Positions 53,027 to 62,338 of a stretch of 64,000 nucleotides of DNA are shown here, in pieces. The stretch lies in contig CAVYIR010000011.1 in the NCBI GenBank assembly GCA_963768645.1, positions 87,980 through 151,979 on the forward strand, read 5' to 3'. The DNA is from an uncultured Acidobacteriaceae bacterium. Lineage in GTDB: Bacteria > Acidobacteriota > Terriglobia > Terriglobales > Acidobacteriaceae. The notes under the pieces are model-generated. The model was not told where the DNA came from. It searched no databases and saw only the letters and a program-made list of their open reading frames with translations. Both the position numbers and the translations under genes were made by a program. Each line of letters starts with the position of its first letter. Positions within the stretch are counted from its first letter, which is position 1.

Positions 53027-53466
53027 TGCGTGCCTCCTATAACAACCATCCAGTATAAAACTATTGCGTCTGGCGCTGACGTAATTATTCCTCGACCACA
53101 CTTCAGTAGTTGATGATCGGGAGAAACGAAGAAACGCCCGATTCCGATTAACCTTTTGGATAGTCGGCCCTCACCACTCGGATAGTCCAACCTGCCGCCT
53201 GTACAGCGAGGCGCTTTGCCCAGATCAGCCGCCGTAACCGCTATGTGTTGGCAATGTACGAATTTGCGTGCTGCTTGAGGGCAAGCCTTGTTTGCGTTCC
53301 GCTTTGGTGCGTCACGTGCAGGTTACATACGCAAGCGAACCAAGACCAGCGCACCACGACAGCAAGTGGCCTACGTGGGCGCAATTCTCAAAGTCGCGGA
53401 CGGACGGTATTCAGCAACGCGTGGAGAAGAAGGCGCACCTGAATCTGGCGTCAGAGGAGTTGAGCC

Positions 53467-54180
53467 ATGAAGTTAGCAAAGCGAAGCTGCACGATCTTGA
53501 TCGGCCTCGGTGTTTTCGCTATGCCGATGCTAGGTCAGGGTGATCGCGTCGTCGTCGCTTGGCACTCAGGAAGTGAGATCAGGGTTTCGATTGCTCAAAC
53601 GACGCCGCTGGGCACGGTGCTCGACGAAGTTTGTCGCGAGATGAACGCCCAATGCCTGGGAACCCAGCAGACGATGGCTGCCATGGTTCCCGCCCAGGAA
53701 GTTCGCGGCGACTGGCGGCAAGTGATTTCGATTTTGCTGGAAGGCGCCGGATTCAACTACGTTGCCGGCACACCATCGGGGTCTTCTCTTGGGAGGCTGG
53801 AGATTGTTGGTACGTCGCAGGGAAGGGGCGAGCAGCCAGAAGTCCGGTCTGCTGACGCTGCCAAGAAGCTCAACCAGACCGGCGTTGCGGGGGAGCGGTC
53901 ACCCGATGGGCCTGCCTTATCGGGTTTGCCAAATGCAGGAGTGCAGCCGTCAATGGAGGCTAGTTCCGAACCTGAAACAGCTTCCGTGGATGCTGCTCCG
54001 TTATCGGCAAGCATGCCGGCTCCCCCAACTTCTGGCGCAGAGGGACCAGGCCAAGCGCGACGAGCCAGCGGCGTCGAACAGACGGCCATGGGCGGCCAGC
54101 CTGACAGCCTGCTGTTTCCTGATGGCTACGGAAACTCTATTCCTGCTTCTCACTCTCAGGACAAGCCGGATTACCCATGA
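53467..54180 (+). CDS. secreted protein, STN-like N-terminal region plus low-complexity Pro/Ser/Ala tail
   Basis: 237 aa with a signal peptide (ILIGLGVFAMPMLGQG). TPLGTVLDEVCREMNAQCLG...VISILLEGAGFNYV is reminiscent of an STN domain. The tail is compositionally biased. Confidence 0.4.
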   Translation: MKLAKRSCTILIGLGVFAMPMLGQGDRVVVAWHSGSEIRVSIAQTTPLGTVLDEVCREMNAQCLGTQQTMAAMVPAQEVRGDWRQVISILLEGAGFNYVAGTPSGSSLGRLEIVGTSQGRGEQPEVRSADAAKKLNQTGVAGERSPDGPALSGLPNAGVQPSMEASSEPETASVDAAPLSASMPAPPTSGAEGPGQARRASGVEQTAMGGQPDSLLFPDGYGNSIPASHSQDKPDYP

Positions 54181-54274
54181 CCCAGGGGTCTACATATGCG
54201 ATTACGCCGTCTTTAGTTTCAATGCGGAATGTGGCATGTCCGAGCCACGAAATGCGGTTTCCTTGCAGGTTCAT
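54137..54274 (-). pseudogene. N-terminal stub of an MBL-fold (UPF0173/UlaG-like) metal-dependent hydrolase
   Basis: GAGGTGA ribosome-binding site, then MNLQGNRISWLGHATFRIETKDGVIAYVDPWVMGNPACPESEKQE*. The xxWLGHAxFxIExxxxxIxxDPWxxGNPxCP pattern is typical, but the HxHxDH metal motif and the rest of the gene are absent. Overlaps the 3' end of the ORF at 53467-54180. Confidence 0.5.
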
Positions 54275-54315
54275 GGTCACCTCGATTTAGGAGCCGAAAG
54301 CGATGCGACGAGGCG

Positions 54316-55875
54316 CTAGTAGGTGTCCCCTTCACGCCAGTCGCGATAGCCACCGGCCAGCGAGAACACGTTTCGAAAACCCATCTTCTTCAAATTGAAG
54401 GCGGCGAGCGCTGAACGGCTGCCTCCACCACAATATAAAACCAGCTTACGGTCTTTATCGGTCGTAATCTTGTCGATGTTTACCTCCAGAATGCCGCGTG
54501 GCAAGCTGATAGCCCCAGGGATAATTCCCTTTGCCTGTTCGTCGCGCTCTCGCACGTCCACCAGCGCAAAGTCTTCACCTGATTCCTGCATGCGACGGAG
54601 GTCGTCGGGACCGATTTCTCTGATCTGCGATTTTGCTTCGTCCACCAATTGCTTGAACTCGAGTAACGGCATGTCCGTCTCTCCCCTTTCCGGCCTCCGC
54701 GAATTAGGCCAACATTCTCCGTTCTTGAGTTCGGATCTGAGGCGTGCGGCCGCGTCGAAATCCTGCTGCGCACCCTCGATGTCGCCCTTAGCTTCGCGCG
54801 CGACGCCCCGGTTGTTGAGGGCATCAGCGTAGTCGGGCTTGAGGCGAATGGCTTCGCTGTAATCCTGCAATGCGCCCTCCAGGTCGCCCTTGGCCATCCG
54901 CGCAAGGCCCCGGTTGTGGAAGGCAACCGCATAGTCCGGTTTCAGGCGGATGGCCTCGTTGTAATCCTGCAACGCGCCCTCCAGGTCGCCCTTGGCCCTC
55001 CGCGCAAGGCCCCGGTTGTGGAAGGCATCAGCATAGTCGGGCTTGAGGCGGATGGCTTCGTTGTAATCCTGCAACGTGCCCCCGAGGTCGCCTGTGGCAT
55101 AGCGCGCGGCGCCCCTGTTGTTGAAGGCGAGGGCATAGTCCGACTGGAGGCGAATAGCTTCGCTGTAATCCTGCAGCGCGCCCTCCAGATCGCCTTTGAC
55201 ATAGCGCGCAATACCCCGGTTGTTGAAGGCAACCGCATAGTCCGGCTTCAGGCGGATGGCCTCGCTACTCAAGCGCGCCTTTTCATCAGGATCGGCAGCG
55301 TTGAGCCCACGCTCAAACCATTCCTGTGCCGTCAGCTCTTTTTCCGTGACCGCGGGAGCTTCGACGGCCGCGACCTGCTCGTCCTTTGCGGCCTGCTGTG
55401 CGAGGAGCGAGGCCGGGTGCAGAACCGCATACAGCGCCACATTCAGGTACCGGTCGCGAAGGCGCTGCATGGCCTCCTCAAAGTACTCTACCGGGACGCG
55501 CAGTGCGTTGTAATGCTTGAGTGATGTCAGGTTGCCTGTGAGCCCGCTGGCAATTCCTGGCGCGCCGAAGTCGAACCCTTCCAACATCAGCGGCACGATG
55601 TTGCGCTGGGTTGCCAGAGCCGTCTCGATTTCGCGGCGCAGCCAGTCTTCTGGATCACCACATCGCTCCAGCGCGGACGGGGTGAGCAAGACAATGAAAT
55701 GCGCGCGTGCCTTGATGTTGCTGATTATGACGCGCTCGAAGTCACCACTGGCGATACCGCTAAAATCGAAGAACACGTCATAGCCGTGCTGGGTCAGGTT
55801 CTGGAAGATCGCCAGCGCCCAGGGAGCGTTGGTACGGCGGTAACTGAGAAAAACAGTTTTCTCGATGCGTTCCAT
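54316..55875 (-). CDS. TIR domain - 5x TPR - rhodanese domain fusion protein
   Basis: 519 aa. The TIR_2-like N-terminus reads VFLSYRRTNAPWALAIFQNLTQHGYDVFFDFSGIASGDFERVIISNIKARAHFIVLLTPSALERCGDPEDWLRREIETAL. It is followed by five 34-aa TPR units (PDYAxAFxNRGxARxxKGDLEGALQDYxEAIRLK). The C-terminal rhodanese domain has DFALVDVRERDEQAKGIIPGAISLPRG and the active-site loop LYCGGGSRS. Confidence 0.8.
   Translation of the reverse strand: MERIEKTVFLSYRRTNAPWALAIFQNLTQHGYDVFFDFSGIASGDFERVIISNIKARAHFIVLLTPSALERCGDPEDWLRREIETALATQRNIVPLMLEGFDFGAPGIASGLTGNLTSLKHYNALRVPVEYFEEAMQRLRDRYLNVALYAVLHPASLLAQQAAKDEQVAAVEAPAVTEKELTAQEWFERGLNAADPDEKARLSSEAIRLKPDYAVAFNNRGIARYVKGDLEGALQDYSEAIRLQSDYALAFNNRGAARYATGDLGGTLQDYNEAIRLKPDYADAFHNRGLARRAKGDLEGALQDYNEAIRLKPDYAVAFHNRGLARMAKGDLEGALQDYSEAIRLKPDYADALNNRGVAREAKGDIEGAQQDFDAAARLRSELKNGECWPNSRRPERGETDMPLLEFKQLVDEAKSQIREIGPDDLRRMQESGEDFALVDVRERDEQAKGIIPGAISLPRGILEVNIDKITTDKDRKLVLYCGGGSRSALAAFNLKKMGFRNVFSLAGGYRDWREGDTY
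54736..55245. repeat. tandem 102-bp repeats (x5) encoding the TPR units
   Basis: Successive 102-bp units are near-identical at the DNA level, e.g. gcgcaaggccccggttgtggaaggca...cggatggc.tcgttgtaatcctgcaacg.gcc recurs in register. Confidence 0.8.
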
Positions 55876-55953
55876 ATCTCGCGGCGGCGCCTCGTGTGTT
55901 CAGGACAGAACTGAAAGATAGAAAGATAGCAGATGTATGGCAAGATATAGCGC

Positions 55954-58259
55954 GTGTCTTGCCCAGTCCACCTTCGGAATGCTGTTATCTTGGCGATCGT
56001 GCTTGTCTTGGTTCAGTCAATCGTTTGGGCCGCCCCGCTACAGGAATTGCGCGGCGTGGTGAAAGACCGCAGCGGAGCGGTGATTGCCAAAGCGCAAGTT
56101 CTGCTGCGCGCCGACGCGCAGGAGATTAGCCGGACGACCCAAGCTGATGGGAGTTTCGTATTCACGGGAATAACTGCTACCAGTGGAAGTCTCGTGGTCA
56201 GTGCGTCCGGTTTCGCGACCAGCACAACCACATGGCAAGCGGGGACAAACCAGCTCTCCATCACCCTGGTTCCGGCGGCGGTGCAACAAAGTCTCGACGT
56301 GACGGCGACTCGCACTTCAATCCTCCCGACCGGCGTGGACGACCTTGAGGCGCAACCCGACGCCGTTACCGTCAGCGCCACACAATTGCAGCAATGGGGC
56401 GCACTGGCCACCGACGACAAATTGCGCAACGTCGTCGGCTTTTCGCTGTTGCGGCGATCGGGCAGCCAGACGGCCAATCCCACATCGCAAGGTGTGTCGT
56501 TGCGCGGACTCGGCGCGAGTGGAGCGAGCCGCGCGTTGGTCCTGGCGGATGGCATACCGCTCAACGATCCCTTTGGCGGCTGGATTTATTGGGCGCGCCT
56601 GCCGCAAACGTCCCTGGACGAAGTGCAGCTTATTCCGGGCGGTGTCTCGGCGCTGTATGGAAATGATGCGCTGGGGGGAGTGATCAATCTGGAGACGCGT
56701 CATGCGGTGCAGACAGACGCTCTCGTGCAAGGGTCGTATGGAAACGAGAACTCGCCGTTCGGCTCGGGCTGGGGCGCGATGCGCTTCGGTCAGTGGGCGG
56801 TAGTGGCGAGCGGAGAAGGATTCCGCACCGACGGATACACTGCCGTTCCGGATGATGTGCGAGGCTCGGTGGACACGCCGGTCGCATCGCAGTATGGCAG
56901 TGGAACCTTGCGCGTGGAACGCATGTTCGGCAATCGCGGACGCGTCTTTCTGACTGGTTCGCTCTACGGCGAAGACCGGCAGAATGGCACGCCGCTCCAA
57001 ATCAACGACACGACCATTCGCCAATTGGCATTTGGTACAGACTACGATAGTTCCGCGGCCGGGTTGTTCACGCTTCGCTTGTACGGTGGAACGGAGAACT
57101 ATCATCAGACGTTCTCCTCGATTGCGGCCAACCGCAATAGCGAATCGCTGACCAACATTCAGTACGTTCCTTCGCAGCAAATGGGATTGCTGGCGCAATG
57201 GTCGAAGCAGATCGCCAGCCGCCTGACGTTGCTGGCGGGACTCGACGGACTGGACGTGCAGGGATTCAGCAACGAGACTACGCTATTCGCAGGGCAAGCC
57301 AACGGCGCACTTGTCGAATGGCGGCACGCAGCAATCGCTGGGTGTGTTTGCCGAAGGCATCGTGCAGATCACGCCGAAGTGGTCGGTGACATTCTCCGGA
57401 CGCGAAGATCTGTGGAGCAACTTCGACGCCAGCTCGTCGCGGATTCCGGTCAAGGGTAAACCAATATTCATTGCCTACCCTGACCGCGGCCAGAATGCCT
57501 TCAGCCCGCGACTGACCACGTCTTATCACGCCGGCGAACATACCGTGCTTTATGCGTCGGCCTATCGCTCGTTTCGTGCGCCCACGCTGAACGAACTCTA
57601 TCGCACCTTCCGGGTTGGCAACGTGCAGACTCTTTCTAACGCCTATCTTGCGCGCCGAACACTTTACCGGCGGAGAAGGTGGAGTGCGCGTCACTACTCT
57701 GCACGACCGCATGACGATTTACGGTGTCGGATTCTGGGGCTTTGTCACCGATCCAGTTTCCAACGTGACCCTCAGCACGACTCCGCAACTCATCGTTCGC
57801 ATGCGCGAGAACCTTGGGCGCATTCAAGCGCCCGGACTTCAGGCTGGCATCAACTACACCATCACCAACCGTATCTGGTTTAGCTGCGCGTACCAGTTCA
57901 TTAATTCCACCGTATCGTCGTTTTCCGCGAACCCGGCTTTGGTAGGGAACCAGGTTCCGCTGGTGCCGAAGAACGAGTTCGTCTTCCAGGGAACGTGGGC
58001 CGCGCCGCAGAAGATTTTCGTTGCCGTCCAGGGACGCACCGCCAGCAACGAATTCGATGATGATCAGAACCTGTTGCCACTCGGCGCCTACTTCGTGCTG
58101 AGCGCGACTGTATCGCGTCCACTGCCAAAAGGCTTCGACGTATTCTTCCAAGGCGAGAACCTTACCAACAATGTGTACGACATCGGACGCACCCCGGTAG
58201 CAACTCTGGGCCAGCCGATCCTGGCTCGCATTGGTATGCGCTGGCAGAGCAGGAAGTGA
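55954..58259 (+). pseudogene. TonB-dependent receptor with CarboxypepD_reg-like N-domain, two frameshifts
   Basis: Pieces 55954-57459, 57311-57883 and 57615-58259 read through as one receptor: signal, VVKDRSGAVIAKAQVLL...DGSFVFTGI, plug (VSLRGLGASGASRALVLADGIPLNDPFGG), barrel, and C-terminal ...ILARIGMRWQSRK*. Frame switches lie near 57295-57310 and near 57640-57650. Confidence 0.8.
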
Positions 58260-58379
58260 GAGTACGGTTGCTTTTCGCTATGCGCCTTTCGTTCTTCGCT
58301 AAGAAAGCTCTGATTAAGTCTGGTTTCTCGAAGGGGACGGCCTTCAGGCTGTCCATAGTGCCGCAAAATTAACGCGGCT

Positions 58380-58720
58380 TCAGCCGCTGAGGGACTCGCC
58401 GCGACTGAGTGAAGGTTTCCCCTCCTCCCTCCTCTTGTTGGTATCCCGACCGGGCCCGCCGCGGCGGGCGAGCGAAGGGCCATGCTGTTTCGTCCACAAG
58501 CGCGATTCTCGTTCCAATCCTTCACGCAGTCTCTTCTTCCTTCATCTCTCCGGCTCGCACGTGGGCCGGCGGGTGCCCCACCCAAGCCGGGGTCCCCAGC
58601 GAGCGCCGGGTTTCGCTCGTTGGGGTAAAAGCCGGTTTTGCTTGGCTGGGGATTTTCGCAGGTATCTCGCACGCGGGGTGCCCTGTTCTAGCCATCTTCT
58701 GGCTAGGGCGGGGCGTTTCG
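58380..58720. repeat. cluster of GC-rich imperfect palindromes (REP-like units)
   Basis: Perfect 16-nt palindrome GCCCGCCGCGGCGGGC (~58453-58468). Hairpin CCCCAGCGAGCG-ccgggttt-CGCTCGTTGGGG nested inside CCAAGCCGG...CCGGTTTTGCTTGG. Hairpin CCTGTTCTAGCCA-tcttc-TGGCTAGGGCGGGG. Confidence 0.45.
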
Positions 58721-59064
58721 CATTGCGCACTACTCGTCTCCATCATCCTTAGGTTGGCCGCCGCGCCGTGCAATGCCGACAAGATCATCCTCGCCCGCCA
58801 CTGCTCCAGCCGCTGCTGCGACACACCGTGGATCAATTGCATGAACCCAATCTGAATCGCCGCTCCGTCCTCCAGATACGGCAACTCGAACTGGGCGTAA
58901 GGGTCGTTCTCAGAGCGCGGGTTGGCCAAAAACACAAATAGATTGTTGCGTGGCACAGCTTTCCGTAAACCCACGTGGTGATAGCAATATTTCTGATCGT
59001 GTACCGCCGGCGAGCCACAACGCGCTCCGCCGGGTTTAATGTGTTCACAAATTGGAAGATCCAT
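58522..59064 (-). CDS. hypothetical protein with Cys/His-rich N-terminus; the C-terminal third reads through REP-like repeats
   Basis: 180-aa ORF. The N-terminus MDLPICEHIKPGGARCGSPAVHDQKYCYHH looks like a zinc-binding knuckle. Residues after ~115 are translated palindromic-repeat DNA, so the native 3' end is doubtful. Confidence 0.4.
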   Translation of the reverse strand: MDLPICEHIKPGGARCGSPAVHDQKYCYHHVGLRKAVPRNNLFVFLANPRSENDPYAQFELPYLEDGAAIQIGFMQLIHGVSQQRLEQWRARMILSALHGAAANLRMMETSSAQCETPRPSQKMARTGHPACEIPAKIPSQAKPAFTPTSETRRSLGTPAWVGHPPAHVRAGEMKEEETA

Positions 59065-59160
59065 CAGGTACCCCCCGTCAAACTATAAAGGCAAATATAT
59101 ACTTGACACACAAAGTCCTTTCTGCTACTCTCGCATCAGATAGAACGAGAGGGCAAAGAA

Positions 59161-60197
59161 ATGGCGAACATCAAACAGCCCCGAAGTCTGCAAGAAGCGA
59201 TAGCCTATTTCGCTGACCCGGAGCGTGCTTTTGTTTACGCTGTTAACCTTCGCTGGCCAGATCGCAAGATCACCTGTCCACGTTGGGGACATGACCAGCA
59301 CTCGTTTCTCCGCACCCGTTTGATGTGGTGGTGCAAGGGATGCAAGAAGCAATTCAGCGTTAAGGTAGGAACCATCTTCGAGGATTCCCCGCTCGGCATG
59401 GATAAATGGATGACCGCATTCTGGATGGTGGTCAACTGCAAGAACGGAGTTAGTAGCGCTGAAATGGCGCGCACTCTCAAGATCACCCAGAAGTCCGCGT
59501 GGTTCATGCTTCACCGAGTCCGCGAAGTCATGCAAGAACAATTCCGTGACAAAGCTCGGCAGTGCTGGCGGAGCCGTCGAAAGCGACGAGACTTTCATCG
59601 GGCCGAATCCCCGCAAGATGCACAAAGATCGCAGCGTCAAGCTGGCCGCTATTCGCAGTCAACACAGGCTTGGAGACATGTATCTCGGCAAGACTGCCGT
59701 CATGGGATTGCTGGACCGGGACGCACGCGAGATTCGCTGTAAGGTCATCCCCAACATTCGCCGTGAAACCTTGCAGAACGAAATCCTGAACAACGTCGAA
59801 TACGGCGGCAGGCTCTACACGGACGACGCTAGTGGATACATGGGCATCGCAAAGACCTTCGTCCACGAAGTCGTCAACCATGCTAGAGGAATACGTTCGC
59901 GGGCAGGTTCACACAAACGGACTCGAAAACTTCTGGAGTCTGTTCAAGCGCAACCTGCGCGGCACTTACGTATCTGTCGAACCATTCCATCTAGATCGTT
60001 ACCTCGACGAGCAAGTATTCCGTTTCAACAATCGCGGCGGCAAGAAGCCGGAAGAACGCGTCACTGACTCTCAGCGCTTCGTGAAAGCCATGTCGCAGGC
60101 ATCCGGCAAGCGCCTCACTTACGCCCAACTGACGGGCAAGGGAGTTGACTCGCTCCACCATCCGGCGGCAGCACAGGGGCAAGAGGAACCTTTCTAG
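59161..60197 (+). pseudogene. IS1595-family (ISXO2-like) transposase, two frameshifts
   Basis: Pieces 59161-59742, 59546-60067 and 59832-60197 read through: Zn-ribbon (CPRWGHDQHSF...WWCKGCKKQFS), HTH, VESDETFIG, LYTDDASGY, and EYVRGQVHTNGLENFWSLFKR. Frame switches lie near 59545-59555 and near 59880-59890. Confidence 0.8.
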
Positions 60198-60354
60198 CCC
60201 GTGTCACTGCCGGACGCTTTGCGGCGCTTAGGCTTCGGTTTAGCCGGAGCCTTTTCCTTTGGAATCTGAAACGCCGCCTTCATCGCCGCTTCAAAGTTTT
60301 CCCTTGCTTTCTGGCCCTCGATGTATTCTGCTTTACGTTTCATCTCCTGCAATT

Positions 60355-61176
60355 ATGCGCCTCTTCTCTGCCATCGTGATTCTATTGCTGTGTGCTGTCT
60401 TACCATCCAGCGGGAAGCAGCAGCAAAGCGAAACCCAAAATAAACAGGGCAGTGCTGCGGTGACGCCTAATCAAAGTGGTGGCGTCACAGTCATAGTGAA
60501 CCAGCCTGCGGCCACCCCACAGACACAGAGTCCCAAAGAGCATCCGCATGATTGCTATAACTGGATTAGCCAATGGTTTGCGCCCACAACCTTGCTCACC
60601 TTGGCTCTCGTCATCGTCGCCGGGTTTGCCGCGAAGGCTGCCTTCGCCAGTCTTGACCAAATCAAGAAACAAGCCAAGGCTGCCGAGGATGCTGCCCAGG
60701 CCGCGTTGCTCAGTGCCAAGGCCATTATTGGTGCGGAGCGCGCTCGACTGGCGATTAATGTAGAACTCTCCCAATTTCTTGGCGGAGTAGAGGACACCGA
60801 CACCAAGTCCGACGCTCGCTTCACTATAACGTGCAGGAATTGCGGGAAAACCGCCGCGTGGATTTACGAGACGGTCGCCGATTATGCGATAATCGACGGC
60901 CTCCCGCATCATCCCGTCTTTTCTAGAGCTTCCGAAACTAAATTTGGCATTCATTATCGCGATTCTGGGGAATCGTTCACGGAACCCTTCGCGCTGACCA
61001 TCCCCGCTCCCTACGATGGCAGCAAGCGCCGCATTATCCAGGGCGTCGTAAGATTTAACGATGTTTACGACAAAAAAGGAGAGGCCACTTTCGGCTACTG
61101 GATTTTGGAAGATCTCACGACTATCCACCGAATCGAGGAGAGCGTGACGTACAACCGGAATACTTACGAAGATTAA
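60355..61176 (+). CDS. hypothetical membrane-anchored protein (passenger of the IS1595-like unit)
   Basis: Start proposed at MRLFSAIVILLLCAVLP. It has a signal/anchor, a Gln-rich linker, a second TM (TTLLTLALVIVAGFAA) and a ~170-aa C-terminal domain with no motif I recognise. Confidence 0.45.
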   Translation: MRLFSAIVILLLCAVLPSSGKQQQSETQNKQGSAAVTPNQSGGVTVIVNQPAATPQTQSPKEHPHDCYNWISQWFAPTTLLTLALVIVAGFAAKAAFASLDQIKKQAKAAEDAAQAALLSAKAIIGAERARLAINVELSQFLGGVEDTDTKSDARFTITCRNCGKTAAWIYETVADYAIIDGLPHHPVFSRASETKFGIHYRDSGESFTEPFALTIPAPYDGSKRRIIQGVVRFNDVYDKKGEATFGYWILEDLTTIHRIEESVTYNRNTYED

Positions 61177-62338
61177 CTGCCCTGTCACAAGGCACACAAT
61201 AGCACACATTGTGAGCCAAGTATATATTTGCCCTTACATGTAATATATTCCATAATAAGGACTTGTGGTTGATCTTGGACAAACTTGAGTGCCCACATCC
61301 TTGTCGCCCTCTGTTGGCGACAGGGTGGGTACTAACCCCTGACCACTAACCCCTCTCCCCTGTCCTCTGCCAACTGCTCCTCCTAGCCCCAAATCCCTGA
61401 CCCCTAGCCCCTGCCTTTTCGCAGACACAAATAGGCAGGAGCGTCGGGCGCGGCGGTTCCTGCCCTACACCGCGAGTATGGTTCTGCCCACCAACGCGGT
61501 CAAGTTACGAAAGTAGTAATCGCCGCTCCTATCTTGCTGCCCCTCCCGGAATGGGAATGACGCTGAACTAGGGCTGAATGCTGACGGCTGAGTGCTGGGT
61601 AGAGCGGGGAATAAATCCGAGTCCCTTCAGGGATGACAGAGGTAGTTATCTGTGTTGTAGTTGACATCCAGCAGGAGTGGGCCGGTAAATGTCTGCCCAG
61701 TTCATCCATAGGTAGGCATCCGAAAACGATTGCCGCTCAATAGAAAATAGCTTATGCGCCTACACCACTTCAGCGCCATTGACTTTGTTTCGGACTCATC
61801 GTAATGTCGCTCATCTTTTTTGTTTCCCGTAATTGGGACATAAGTTTCGGAGGCACCCGATAGTCATTATTCAGGGAGCAGCCGCTTCGTCTACAACCGC
61901 CTGCCCCCTTTCTTAGCCAGTTCGGCCTCATAGCTCGACACCAGGACAGTTGTACTGAGACTAGGTTGGGTGAATTCCCGCCGCTGTTTGGCACGACCCT
62001 TCCGGTTCTGGCAAATTCTCTTAGTTTCAGATTGGAACGACCGAGATCAAAAGTTGATAGTTCCCATATTGGAGCTTGACTTGTCAATATTTTGAGCCAA
62101 TGTTGTTGCCGTAGGGTCGGGAGTGCGTCCCGTGCCTCACTCACAAGGAGGTGTGAGGACAGTTGCACCGAGCAGTAGATTTGGTTCCAGTTTTTCAAAC
62201 TAGGGTCCATGAAGTCCTTCTTTTCGAGTGGCATTGATTATCGGAGGTCCACCGCCGCTCGATTACGACTAAGCGTACGGCACGTTCCTGAAGAGGAGTG
62301 CAGCAGTTATTGCAGAGTTCTGCGGCAAGGGAGGACAT

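Larger units (their letters stand above)
59086..61236 (+). mobile_element. IS1595-like unit bounded by 20-bp inverted repeats, carrying a decayed transposase and a passenger ORF
   Basis: TAAAGGCAAATATATACTTG (59086-59105) against the reverse complement of CAAGTATATATTTGCCCTTA (61217-61236) matches at 19 of 20 positions. The repeats enclose the transposase remnant and the ORF at 60355-61176. No clear target-site duplication was found. Confidence 0.55.

Noticed and set aside
54736-55245. A regular repeat array could be a CRISPR locus or a minisatellite.
   Set aside because: The period is 102 bp with no unique spacers. The array lies in frame inside an ORF and encodes 34-residue TPR units.
59161-60197. 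The two frame changes in the IS1595-type transposase could be programmed ribosomal frameshifting, as in IS1 and IS3 elements.
   Set aside because: IS1595-family transposases are, to my knowledge, single-ORF proteins. There are two separate switches and no slippery A-run heptamer at either site.
61300-61640. C-rich short-motif region (CCCCTGAC / CCCCTAGC / CCCTCTCC) followed by GCTGA-type motifs. It was considered as a G-quadruplex array, a CRISPR remnant or an ncRNA.
   Set aside because: The motifs are irregular in spacing and sequence, with no repeat-spacer structure and no convincing conserved secondary structure apart from one hairpin (CCTTGTCGCC-ctctgtt-GGCGACAGGG at ~61300-61326). I treat it as degenerate intergenic simple repeats.
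61770-62234. A 154-aa minus-strand ORF lies in the region upstream of the repeat-protein gene that appears lower in GC.
   Set aside because: It has no recognisable motif, no clear ribosome-binding site and a composition unlike neighbouring genes. I cannot distinguish it from a chance ORF without a homology search.
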